Assembly (NCBI GenBank): GCA_050633305.1
Contig: JBOEGF010000015.1
Coordinates: 64,001 to 128,000, forward strand
DNA: 64,000 nucleotides
Direction: 5' to 3'
From: Nannocystales bacterium
GTDB taxonomy: Bacteria > Myxococcota_A > Polyangia > Nannocystales > Nannocystaceae
This document shows positions 1 through 8,909 of this stretch, piece after piece. The notes below the pieces were generated by a model. It saw nothing but the letters and a program-made list of their open reading frames with translations. It did no database searches and had not been told where the DNA came from. Positions within the stretch are counted from its first letter, which is position 1. Each line of letters opens with the position of its first letter. Both the position numbers and the translations under genes were made by a program.

Positions 1-454
1 CGCGATACTTCGGGTTGGCGGTCAAGGATAGGGAACCCAAGGAGCGGCCGTGGAACGCCTTTTCGAAACCGATGATCACATCGCGACCCGTGGCCTTGAG
101 CGCGACCTTGATGCTCGCCTCGGTGACTTCGGTGCCCGTGTTGCCGAAGAAGATCCGGCCGTCGGCCACCGGTGCCATGTCGAGGATCCGTCTGGCGAGG
201 GCGGTGTTGACCTCGGTCCAAAATGGCCCCGCGGCGCTTACCAGGGTATTCATCTGCTCGGTGAGGGCCGCGACCCACCGCTTCGAGCTGTGTCCCAACG
301 GGAGGCAACCGATGCCACCCACCGCATCGAGGTAGACCTTGCCGTCCTTCGCCTTCACCCGAACCCCGCCACGGTTGGGGTCGTCGTTCTCGTAGACGAC
401 CTGCTCGAGGGTGATGTTGCGAGGGCGGTAGGTTGGCCAGCGCCAGTCCTGCAT
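1..454 (-). CDS. Class III PLP aminotransferase (ArgD/LysJ-like), 3' part outside window
   Basis: Manual translation from ATG at 454: MQDWRWPTY...GKVYLDAVGGIGCLPLGH...FFGNTGTEVTEASIK...AFHGRSLGSLSLT; typical aminotransferase III motifs. Not in ORF track because it has no stop in the window. Confidence 0.85.
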   Translation of the reverse strand, partial: MQDWRWPTYRPRNITLEQVVYENDDPNRGGVRVKAKDGKVYLDAVGGIGCLPLGHSSKRWVAALTEQMNTLVSAAGPFWTEVNTALARRILDMAPVADGRIFFGNTGTEVTEASIKVALKATGRDVIIGFEKAFHGRSLGSLSLTANPKYR

Positions 455-478
455 GGCTGGCAGTGTAGCGGGATTTCG

Positions 479-1651
479 CTAGAACCGGACTCGAACGCCA
501 CCGGGTGTTGGGGTCACCCTGGTGACACTGGCTCTTGCCCCTTTGCCTTTCGCCCCAGTGAAGGCGAACAGGCCGAGCACAACCGTGGTGATGCCCAGGC
601 CGGCCGTCACGCCCACGAGCGCATTGGTCACGGGGCGGAGCTGTTCCACGCGCTCACGGTCTTCCATCGGATAGACGGTGCCGGTGCAGTTGACGCCCTC
701 GCCACGACAGCGGTCCTTCTGATCCCGGTACGCACGCCACGTCAGCCCACCGACGATCCCGGTCGCAACTCCGGCCACCGCGGTCACGCCCACGCCGCTG
801 TAGAACGCGACCCTCAGTCGCCGCCTGCGCTCCTCCTCGGTCAGCCGATTGGACGGACGCGACGGTGGGCCCGGGTCGACGACCTCGCTCGACGGCGGCT
901 TGTCGGAGACACCGAAGTCGACGATCAGCAGGGAGAAGACCTGCCCCGCCTCGACGTCGATCTCTCGGATGCGGACCTCGCTGGGCGCATAACCCCGCTC
1001 GCGAATCTCGTAGTGCCCCGGTGCGAGGATGATCGGAAAATCCTCGACGGGAATGATTCGATCGCCGATCTCGATGCCGAGCAACTCGACTCCGTCGTCG
1101 ACGTCGATCGACAGCTCCGCGACCTTGGCACGAAGCTTGGCCTCGCTCTCGGTAACCTCGCTGCGGTGACCAGCGCAGTGAAGCTCCGGAGCAGGGCAGT
1201 CCGGCAGGTCGAGGTAGCGCCGATACGCCTCCAACGCCTGCACGAGGTCGCCGCCCTTCTCGTAGGACAGACCCGCGGCGTAGAGCGAGCGCCCCGTTGG
1301 AACGGCGGCATACGACCGACGGAACATCGCGGCCGCGTCGAGATAGCGACGTTGCAAGAAAAGCTCCTTGCCCTCGACGTAGCGGTCGTGCGCCTCTTCG
1401 TACAAAGCGTCATCGAGGCTCGGCGTCGGCTCGGGCTCCACGTCGGCTGCCGCGGCGTCCGTCTCGGGCACGGCTGGAACCTCGCTCGACCCCTCGCTCG
1501 ACCCCTCGCTCGCAGGGTCGCCCGACCCCTCGCTCGTGGCCGTCTGCTCGGGAGCCGTTGCACCCGCCTCATCGGGCGACGGGAGCACACCCGGCGCGTA
1601 GCCCAGGGCGACAGAAACGCTCAGGGCTACCGCCGACATCCAAACGCTCAC
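479..1651 (-). CDS. Exported TPR + PEGA-like protein with C-terminal hydrophobic helices
   Basis: Signal-like N-terminus, TPR-like (GKELFLQRRYLDAAAMFRRSY...ALEAYRRYL), PEGA-like (LAPGHYEIRERGY), C-terminal TM and ...GGVRVRF; overlaps kinase stop by 4 nt. Confidence 0.75.
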   Translation of the reverse strand: MSVWMSAVALSVSVALGYAPGVLPSPDEAGATAPEQTATSEGSGDPASEGSSEGSSEVPAVPETDAAAADVEPEPTPSLDDALYEEAHDRYVEGKELFLQRRYLDAAAMFRRSYAAVPTGRSLYAAGLSYEKGGDLVQALEAYRRYLDLPDCPAPELHCAGHRSEVTESEAKLRAKVAELSIDVDDGVELLGIEIGDRIIPVEDFPIILAPGHYEIRERGYAPSEVRIREIDVEAGQVFSLLIVDFGVSDKPPSSEVVDPGPPSRPSNRLTEEERRRRLRVAFYSGVGVTAVAGVATGIVGGLTWRAYRDQKDRCRGEGVNCTGTVYPMEDRERVEQLRPVTNALVGVTAGLGITTVVLGLFAFTGAKGKGARASVTRVTPTPGGVRVRF

Positions 1652-3513
1652 TTCGGCTTCTTCCTTTTGAGGAAGTCAGGCACGTCCTCAGGTCGCCGAG
1701 TGTCCCCGGCTGCAGGCGGCGGCGAAGACGTCGGGGCCGTGTCGGGTTTCGCTCGCAGTTTCTTCGGACGCTTGTGCCGCTTCTTGGGCGGCGTCACGGG
1801 AGCTGCAGGCTCGGCCGGCTTCTCCCCCCCGGGCCCGTCGAACGAGCGGGCACGGAAGGTGGTCTTGTACGCGGGCTCCAGACGGAGCGCGTGGTTCTCA
1901 GAACTCAACGGCGCCATCTCGGCGACGTAGGCCTTGTAGCCGGCAAGCTCCGCTTTCACCTCGATGCGCTCGTCGCTCGCGGGCAGCTGCACCGACGTGG
2001 GCGTGGTCTTCTCGAGCGTCTTGCCATCGATGGTCACCGTCGCCCCCTGGGGATCGGTGTTGATCCACCACGTGACCATCTTCGGTCCCGCCGGTTCGAC
2101 AACTGTGGCCGGCTCGCGCACCACCGGCCGGGAGCTGTCCGCCTCGGACCCCGAGAGTGCTCGGACGGCCAGGGTTCCGAGGACCGCGCCGGCAAGCGGA
2201 AGAATGAGCCACAGGGCCCACGAGCGGGCGGGCGCGGTGACGACGGACGATGTAAGAGTCCCGGTGCGCCCAATCGCCACGCTAGAGGGCGTCAGCGAGC
2301 GCGCACGAGAGACCCCGGTCTTGCTGTCATTGGCCGCGCGGTGCTTGCGATTGCTTCCCTCACGGTCGTCAACCTGGCCGCGGATCGCTGCCTGGATGTA
2401 GCGCATCCGACTCGCGAAGAATCCCTTCATGACCCCGGAAAGGGCTTCGCGTGGGTCTTCCTGATCGGCGTCGAGCAGCTGGCGGAGCGCTGCTCGAAGG
2501 TCTTTGAGCATGTCGTCCGCGGTCTCGTACCGATCGGTACGCGATTCTGCCAGCGCCTTGTCGAGCACCGCGACAACCCCGGGCGGGAGGTCGTCACGGT
2601 AGTCGGCAATATCCTGCCGGCGTCCAAGGCTGACCTGAGCGAGAATCTCGGACTCGGTCTCACCGCGGTAGAAGCGTGCGCCCGCGAGCAGCTCCCACAG
2701 GATGACGCCCATCGCGTAGATGTCACTGCGCCGGTCGACAGGCTCACCCCGAGCCTGCTCGGGCGACATGTACGTCAGCTTTCCGCGCAGCTGGCCAGTC
2801 AGCGTGTTGCTGCGCTTGCCCGCGGCTTTCATGATGCCGAAGTCGACGACCTTGACCCGGCCGTCCATCGTAACGAGCAGGTTGTGCGGGGACACGTCGC
2901 GGTGGACGAGGTTCAACGGTGTCCCGTCGGTGTCCTCGAGCGCATGGGCGGCGCCCAGGCCCCGGCATGCGTCAGCGGTGATCTGCAACGCGCACGGCAC
3001 AGGCAGGCTGTCGTCGCGCTTTCCGAGCTGACGAATCAACGACGAAAGCGTTTCGCCCTCGACGTACTCCATCACCATGAAGAACAGCCCGTCGTCTTCG
3101 CCGAGGTCCAACGTCTCGCAGACGTTGGGGTGGTGGATCTTCGCTGCGATGCGGGCCTCGTCGAGGAACATCTCGACGAACTCGGATTCGTTCGCGAGGT
3201 GAGGATGAATCACCTTGACCGCGACCAGACGCTCGAAACCGGCGGTACCGATCGCGCGCCCAAGATACACGGACGCCATCCCACCGTGACCCAACCGATG
3301 AATGAGCTCGTAGCGACCGACCAAGACGCGGCCGGGCTCCACTTCGGCCACTTTGTCCATGGGCCGCACCGGCCCCACTTCGGGACTGCGATCGGGCTTT
3401 CGCTCGAGGTTGGACGTCGCCTCGACCGCGTCACTCACGGCCGGCGGCAATGGGTCTCCACCCGAAGCCTCCGGCTCCCGGTCGACGACCTTCGTGACAT
3501 CCTCAGCCTGCAT
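1648..3513 (-). CDS. Membrane Ser/Thr protein kinase with PEGA domain
   Basis: LGHGGMASVY, VAVK, HRDVSPHN, DFG, YMSPEQ, TM helix, then INTDPQGATVTIDG PEGA motif; start uncertain. Confidence 0.93.
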   Translation of the reverse strand: MQAEDVTKVVDREPEASGGDPLPPAVSDAVEATSNLERKPDRSPEVGPVRPMDKVAEVEPGRVLVGRYELIHRLGHGGMASVYLGRAIGTAGFERLVAVKVIHPHLANESEFVEMFLDEARIAAKIHHPNVCETLDLGEDDGLFFMVMEYVEGETLSSLIRQLGKRDDSLPVPCALQITADACRGLGAAHALEDTDGTPLNLVHRDVSPHNLLVTMDGRVKVVDFGIMKAAGKRSNTLTGQLRGKLTYMSPEQARGEPVDRRSDIYAMGVILWELLAGARFYRGETESEILAQVSLGRRQDIADYRDDLPPGVVAVLDKALAESRTDRYETADDMLKDLRAALRQLLDADQEDPREALSGVMKGFFASRMRYIQAAIRGQVDDREGSNRKHRAANDSKTGVSRARSLTPSSVAIGRTGTLTSSVVTAPARSWALWLILPLAGAVLGTLAVRALSGSEADSSRPVVREPATVVEPAGPKMVTWWINTDPQGATVTIDGKTLEKTTPTSVQLPASDERIEVKAELAGYKAYVAEMAPLSSENHALRLEPAYKTTFRARSFDGPGGEKPAEPAAPVTPPKKRHKRPKKLRAKPDTAPTSSPPPAAGDTRRPEDVPDFLKRKKPK

Positions 3514-4010
3514 TACGAACCATTCGCAGCAGGGTCTCAACGCACGAGACCCTCAGCGGCGCCATCTCACCATACGGCAGTTGTTCCTCACAATCATTTC
3601 GCCCGAATTCGCCTGCGAATCGCTCCAGATCGGCTTCGGCAGCGATGGGAGACTTGCCACCCTGACGAGCTTGGCGCCAGCCCGACAAACGGCCTGGTCA
3701 GTGCTGGGCTCCGATCGGCTGCGGTCACTTTTTTCGGAGGCAATTCCACCCGCGGATTGCGCGTTTCCGGGCTCGGGCATGCGTGCTTCCGCTCACAGAC
3801 GCGCAATGCGCGAGCGGGATCTCCCCGGAGGAGATCTCGGAGATCTTCTCGCCCCTCCTCGATATAGCCCAAGGACCACAAATCCCAGACGCTGATTCAC
3901 AATGGAGATCTCACAGAAAGAAATCCGAGAATCATCAATGGTTTCGATCGTGTAGGTCGAACTGTCCACAGCATGTGGTAGCGGCGCGTGTTCCGCACCA
4001 CCAGATGTTG

Positions 4011-4052
4011 TGGAATGGGCCTTGCGTACACGGTGCTGGTGTTTTAGTTGCC
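4011..4052 (+). promoter_or_regulatory. Two tandem sigma54 (-24/-12)-like elements upstream of the small RHH gene
   Basis: TGGAATGGGCCTTGCG (4011-4026) and TGGTGTTTTAGTTGCC (4037-4052), both GG-N10-GC with TTGC. Confidence 0.5.
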
Positions 4053-4085
4053 TAAGTAGCGGCGGACACCGCGAGCGAGACGAAT

Positions 4086-4316
4086 ATGGCGAAGCGACAA
4101 ACCCGGCGAAGCATTTCTGTCAAGGGCATCACCTACCAGCGCCTGAAGAACTACTGCGAGGACCAGAACATGAGCGTGAGCGGCTACCTAGAGTCGATCA
4201 TTGCCGAGCGTCTGGACGCGGCAGCGGTTCCGGTTCCGGAGAAGGTCGAGCCGCGTCCTTCGGCGGCCAAAGAGCCACACCGCGAAGAAATCGTCTCCCA
4301 ACACTTCACGTTCTAG
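4086..4316 (+). CDS. Small ribbon-helix-helix-like DNA-binding protein
   Basis: 76 aa; RRSISV strand followed by two helices (TYQRLKNYCEDQNMSVSGYLESII); host-like codon usage. Confidence 0.7.
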   Translation: MAKRQTRRSISVKGITYQRLKNYCEDQNMSVSGYLESIIAERLDAAAVPVPEKVEPRPSAAKEPHREEIVSQHFTF

Positions 4317-4631
4317 ACCCGCGCGCAGGCGCCGGGCCCCCCGTGCGCAGCCGCTCGCAATGAAAGGAGCCGTGTTCGGAGGCTCGCTCGACTCATCGAG
4401 CGGCGGCCTACGAGTGCGGCTTTCGTCGTTTGGAGCGCGAACTTCCGCTCGCGTCGTGCCCGCCCTCGCCCGGGGCGTGGTCCGCCGGCGTCTACGGGCG
4501 GCAATGTTCCGCGGCCGCGACGGGTTCGCGGACGGTCACGAACCGGAGTCGACAAGTCGGCAGACAAGACGCGGCGCGAGGTGTCGCGACGGGCTGCTTG
4601 CGCGACGAGGTCCGTGCTACTCACCGAGACA

Positions 4632-7550
4632 GTGAGCTACGTCGTCCTCGCGAGGAAGCACCGCCCGCTGGTCTTTGACGACATGGTCGGCCAGGAGCAC
4701 GTCGGCCGCACGCTTGGCAACGCGATCCGGCAAGACCGGGTTCACCACGCCTACCTCTTCGCAGGGGCTCGCGGTCTGGGAAAGACAACCACCGCCCGCA
4801 TCTTCGCGAAGGGACTGGTCTGCGAGCAAGGGCCGACCGCGACCCCATGCAACGAGTGCGAGCAGTGCGTCTCGGTCAACGAGGGTCGCTCGGTCGATGT
4901 GATGGAGATCGACGGAGCGAGCAACAACTCGGTCGACAACATTCGCAACCTCCGAGAGCAGGTCCACTACCTGCCCCAGACCGCGCGCCGGAAGGTCTAC
5001 ATCATCGACGAGGTTCACATGCTGACGACCTCAGCGTTCAACGCCTTGCTCAAGACGCTCGAGGAACCGCCGGACCACGTCAACTTCATCTTCGCGACGA
5101 CCGAACCGCAGAAGGTCATTCCAACGATTCTCTCTCGGGTTTCCCGACTCGACTTCCGTCGTGTCTCACCCGAAGAAGCCATCGCGCACCTCGAGAACAT
5201 CCTCGAGAAGGAGGAGCGCTCGGTCGACAAGGGCGGTCTGAGGCTCATTGCGCGGGCGGCCGGCGGCTCGGTCCGCGACTCGCTGACGCTGCTCGACCAG
5301 GTCATCGCTTTCGCCGACGACCCGACCAAGATCACCGAAGAAGAAACTCGGCGAGTCCTCGGACAGGCGGACCGAGCCCGCATCTCGGACCTCGTCGGCG
5401 CAGTCCTCACCCATGACCCCGATGCTGTCATGGCCCAGTTCGACGAGCTGGTCACTGCGGGTCACGACCTCACCGTGCTCAGCCTGCAACTTCTCGAGCA
5501 CATGCGAGATCTGACCCTTGCGGCGGTGTGCAGATCGAACGCGGTCTTCAAGGGGGCGACGGAGGCGGAGGTCGGCACGCTTCGCGAGCAGGCGAAGAAG
5601 GCCGACCCAGTCACGCTCTCCCAGATGTTCGATCGTTTCTCCCGGGTGGTGGACCGCCTCCCGACCTCCCGCGTGCAACGGATGCTGCTGGAGATGGGTC
5701 TGCTCGACCTCGCCCACGACGAGCCCCTGGTGCCCCTAGAGGACATCGTCGCGCGCCTCGAGTCCATGAACGGAAACGGCGGAGGAACCCCGCCCGGCGG
5801 TGGCGGAGGCGGATTCTCGGCGCCTCCAGGCCGCGGGGGCCCGTCGCGCGGGCAGGGCCCCGGACAGGGCCGGCGAGCCGACGGTGCTCCAGCCCAGCCA
5901 GCTTCATTCTCCGCCCCGGCGGCCCCGTCCGCCCCTGCTCCGGCAGCGCCCCCCGCTGCGGAGGCGCCCGCGTTCACGCCGACCTCTATTCCGGACTTTG
6001 GCGCTCGAGCCCAGGCACAAGCCCAAGCCGCCCCGGCTCCCGTTCAAGCCGCGCCCGTTCAAGCTGCGCCCGTTCAAGCTGCGCCCGTTCAAGCTGCGCC
6101 GGCTCCCGTTCAAGCTGCGCCGGCTCCCGTTCAAGCTGCTCCGACTCCCGTTCAAGCCGCTCCGACTCCCGTTCAAGCCGCTCCGACTCCAGAGCCGGCT
6201 CCCGCTCCAGCACCAGCTGCGCCAGCACCGAGCCCGGTAACGCTCAGCCCCGAAGCGACGCCTGCTCCCGCGCCCGCAACCTCGTCCCGGGAGGGTCTCG
6301 CCTTTACGCCGACCTCTGTACCGGACTTCAACGCCGAGCCCGAGCCGCCCGCCGAACCGGCGCCCGAACCCACTCCGACCGAACCCGCCCCTGCGCTGGC
6401 CCCCGCGCCCGAGCCCCTCGCTTTTACGCCGACCTCTGTGCCGGACTTCAGCGCGACCGAGCCACCCGCGGCACCCGAGGATTCCCCCCAGGCCGATTCG
6501 GCGCCCGTCCCAACTCCCTCGTCCGAACCCGCGCCCGCGACTCCTCCCGCGGCCGAACCGCTCGCATTCACGCCGACTTCCGTACCGGACTTTAGCGCCC
6601 AAGCCGACGCGCCCGACGAATCGACCCCGGAAGCGGCCGCGCCCACCGTGCCTGCGTCCCCCACGACCACTGAGGTCGAGGTCCCGCCCCCGGCTCCGGC
6701 CGCACCCGAGCCTCTCGCGTTCACGCCGACTTCCGTACCGGACTTCAGCGCCCAAACCGAGGCGGCCGAAGAGTCCTCACCGACCCCCGCGCAGGAAACC
6801 GAGACGGGCACGACCCCGTCTTCGGACCCCGCGGGTGAGCCCTCCGGCGAATCACCTCAGACCGCCCCCCCGGCTCTCGGATTCGCCGCCCCATCGCCGG
6901 CCGTAGCCGACGAGAAACCGCCAGGGCAGGCACCGGGCGACACCGAGCTGATGAAGGGCTTGTGGGACCTCGCCAAACACGCGGTCGAACCCCCCAGCCC
7001 ACAGCGCCCCCCGCACGAGCCACCTCGGGCAGGCTCCCCCTCCGGTGCGCCGACCAACCCCGCGGCCCAAGGCTCCGGCGAAGCCTCGCGCTGCGGCCCC
7101 TGCTCCGAGCCACCGCCCAACCCCAACGCAATCGACCTCGAGCTCACGCCGGCGTTTGCTGCGTGGGAAGAGTTGGTCAGCCGGGTGCGCGAGCGCGAAG
7201 AGTTCGTTTCCGCGGTGCTCTCTCAGGTCGGCCTCGTTTCGTTCGAAGGAGGCTGCGTCGAGATCTGTGCCAAGAAAGGCAGCTTCCCGCACATCGAGCT
7301 CACCTCGAGCGCCTCGATTCGCTCGACGCTCGAGCAGGCGGCCCGCGATCACATCGGCAAGCCCTTCACCCTCAAGCTGGTCGACGACGAGCCTGACCTC
7401 GAAGGACACCCGAGCATCGTGTTGGTCAACGCCTACCGCAAGGAACAGAAGCAGGCCGAAGTCGAAGCGGCAGCTCTGGGTCACGGCGCCATTCAAAACG
7501 TGCTCAGCACGTTCAACGCCACGCTGATGGCGACCAAGCCGCTGGAGTAG
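4632..7550 (+). CDS. dnaX: DNA polymerase III subunit gamma/tau with very long Pro/Ala linker
   Basis: GTG start, SYVVLARKHRP, GARGLGKTT, C4 zinc motif, IDGASN, IIDEVHML, FNALLKTLEEPP. Confidence 0.97.
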   Translation: MSYVVLARKHRPLVFDDMVGQEHVGRTLGNAIRQDRVHHAYLFAGARGLGKTTTARIFAKGLVCEQGPTATPCNECEQCVSVNEGRSVDVMEIDGASNNSVDNIRNLREQVHYLPQTARRKVYIIDEVHMLTTSAFNALLKTLEEPPDHVNFIFATTEPQKVIPTILSRVSRLDFRRVSPEEAIAHLENILEKEERSVDKGGLRLIARAAGGSVRDSLTLLDQVIAFADDPTKITEEETRRVLGQADRARISDLVGAVLTHDPDAVMAQFDELVTAGHDLTVLSLQLLEHMRDLTLAAVCRSNAVFKGATEAEVGTLREQAKKADPVTLSQMFDRFSRVVDRLPTSRVQRMLLEMGLLDLAHDEPLVPLEDIVARLESMNGNGGGTPPGGGGGGFSAPPGRGGPSRGQGPGQGRRADGAPAQPASFSAPAAPSAPAPAAPPAAEAPAFTPTSIPDFGARAQAQAQAAPAPVQAAPVQAAPVQAAPVQAAPAPVQAAPAPVQAAPTPVQAAPTPVQAAPTPEPAPAPAPAAPAPSPVTLSPEATPAPAPATSSREGLAFTPTSVPDFNAEPEPPAEPAPEPTPTEPAPALAPAPEPLAFTPTSVPDFSATEPPAAPEDSPQADSAPVPTPSSEPAPATPPAAEPLAFTPTSVPDFSAQADAPDESTPEAAAPTVPASPTTTEVEVPPPAPAAPEPLAFTPTSVPDFSAQTEAAEESSPTPAQETETGTTPSSDPAGEPSGESPQTAPPALGFAAPSPAVADEKPPGQAPGDTELMKGLWDLAKHAVEPPSPQRPPHEPPRAGSPSGAPTNPAAQGSGEASRCGPCSEPPPNPNAIDLELTPAFAAWEELVSRVREREEFVSAVLSQVGLVSFEGGCVEICAKKGSFPHIELTSSASIRSTLEQAARDHIGKPFTLKLVDDEPDLEGHPSIVLVNAYRKEQKQAEVEAAALGHGAIQNVLSTFNATLMATKPLE
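5970..6746 (+). repeat. Intragenic repeats in dnaX linker: 5x (L)AFTPTS[IV]PDF and 8x PVQAA
   Basis: Motif copies at 5970, 6297, 6417, 6561, 6714; CCCGTTCAAGC units at ~6040-6185. Confidence 0.95.
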
Positions 7551-7562
7551 GACGGCCGCGCA

Positions 7563-8762
7563 TCAACCCCAGGCGATCGCCATGTTGCGGGCATCCTGAG
7601 GGTCGACCTTCACGGGCAGCTGGATACCAGGCTGCAGTTGAGCCAGCCGAATCTGTGGCACCACCTCTCGGTGCAAGACCGCGTACGGAGACTGGCCTGG
7701 CACCTCAACCATCATGCGCAGGTGCAACATCGGCTGGTCGTTGACCTGTGTGCCGCTCTGCTCGACCACCATGAGTTTGGCCAGGCCATCGACGCCCTGG
7801 CGCAGCAGCACCTTGCGCCGCGCAGCCCCCTTGAACATGGTGCCGAACACCACCGTGGCCGAGAACAGCGTCGTGACAATGACCAAGCCGGCGATGAAGA
7901 TCGGTTGCACCTCCGGGCCGATGAAGGTCTCCGACACAAACGCCCCGCCCAAGACCACGGGGAGCACGAGAGACATCGAGCCGATCATTCGCCCGACGTT
8001 GAGCTGCGACCCCGTCGTGATCGTGTCGCGATGCAACTGAGTCACAGCCGCCTTGGCGCGGGGAAGACTCACCGTCACGAGCGGGAGCTGCGGCGTCATG
8101 CGAACCATCGATTCCAGCTGCTCGATCTCCGAAGGGGTCGGTGCGAGTTGCTGCAACTGCTGGACCGCGACCTCGATGTCGCCCAGCGCCTCGTAGGCAT
8201 GCGCTCGATACAAACCGCAAACCCTGTCGTACGCATCCGAGATCGGAACGTCGTCGATCGCGTTCCCCAACGCGAGCAATGCCGCCCGGGCGTCACCCGC
8301 GAGCAGCGCAACGTAGGCCGTAGAGAAACGGTAGTTCGTGTCGACCTGAAGGTCCTCTGAGCTCGCGTCGAGCTGCGCGAGAAACTCGCGCGCGGCCCCC
8401 AGGTTTCCCTGCGCTGCGTAGCTACGCGCGAGCATGCCGCTGGCGGCCTGCGAGAACCTGGATTGCGTGAAGAGAGGGCGGGCTTGCTCGAGAAGTGATG
8501 CCGAGACCTCCCGCCTTCCCTGTTCCGCATGGTGGTTCGCGAGCATGAACGTGGTCCAGAACAGACGCTCTTCCGCGGAGAACGAGGGGGTGGACCCGGC
8601 CTCGGCAAGCGCGGCTTGCCACATCGTCTCCGCCTGTTCACGTCGGTCCGGGTTGAGCCCACCGCCGCCCGCCAAGGCGCGAAGGTTGGGCGGTGGCAGC
8701 ATGGGCTGACCATCCTGTGCCCGGAGCTTCTCGAACCGGACCGCCTCGTGACTGTGCTGCAT
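7563..8762 (-). CDS. Hypothetical membrane protein (helical-repeat N-terminus, 2 TM, C-terminal OB-like domain)
   Basis: Long ORF with host codon bias; C-terminal GTQVNDQP...LQPGIQLPVKVDPQD pattern after two TM helices; start uncertain. Confidence 0.7.
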   Translation of the reverse strand: MQHSHEAVRFEKLRAQDGQPMLPPPNLRALAGGGGLNPDRREQAETMWQAALAEAGSTPSFSAEERLFWTTFMLANHHAEQGRREVSASLLEQARPLFTQSRFSQAASGMLARSYAAQGNLGAAREFLAQLDASSEDLQVDTNYRFSTAYVALLAGDARAALLALGNAIDDVPISDAYDRVCGLYRAHAYEALGDIEVAVQQLQQLAPTPSEIEQLESMVRMTPQLPLVTVSLPRAKAAVTQLHRDTITTGSQLNVGRMIGSMSLVLPVVLGGAFVSETFIGPEVQPIFIAGLVIVTTLFSATVVFGTMFKGAARRKVLLRQGVDGLAKLMVVEQSGTQVNDQPMLHLRMMVEVPGQSPYAVLHREVVPQIRLAQLQPGIQLPVKVDPQDARNMAIAWG

Positions 8763-8909
8763 ACGGTGGCAGTACCCGCCGGAGCCGAACCGTTTCGGGA
8801 AGCCCACCGGCCAAGAAGCCGCGCTGACGCAGCCGCCACTTTTTCGCAGAAGGTCGTGATCCAAGGACGGGCTGCAGACTCTACCCGGCTCGTGACGAAC
8901 CCCAGCACA

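Noticed and set aside
50..3867. Long + strand ORFs 50-1930 and 1297-3867
   Set aside because: Antisense shadows of real minus-strand genes in high-GC DNA
4317..4631. SRP RNA (ffs) or tRNA upstream of dnaX, as in many bacteria
   Set aside because: No SRP GGAA-tetraloop/AGCAG motif or cloverleaf is visible
5970..6746. CRISPR-like spaced repeats
   Set aside because: In-frame coding repeats with synonymous variation, irregular long spacers and no cas genes
4632..7550. E. coli-type dnaX gamma frameshift
   Set aside because: No A AAA AAG or poly-A run found in the gene
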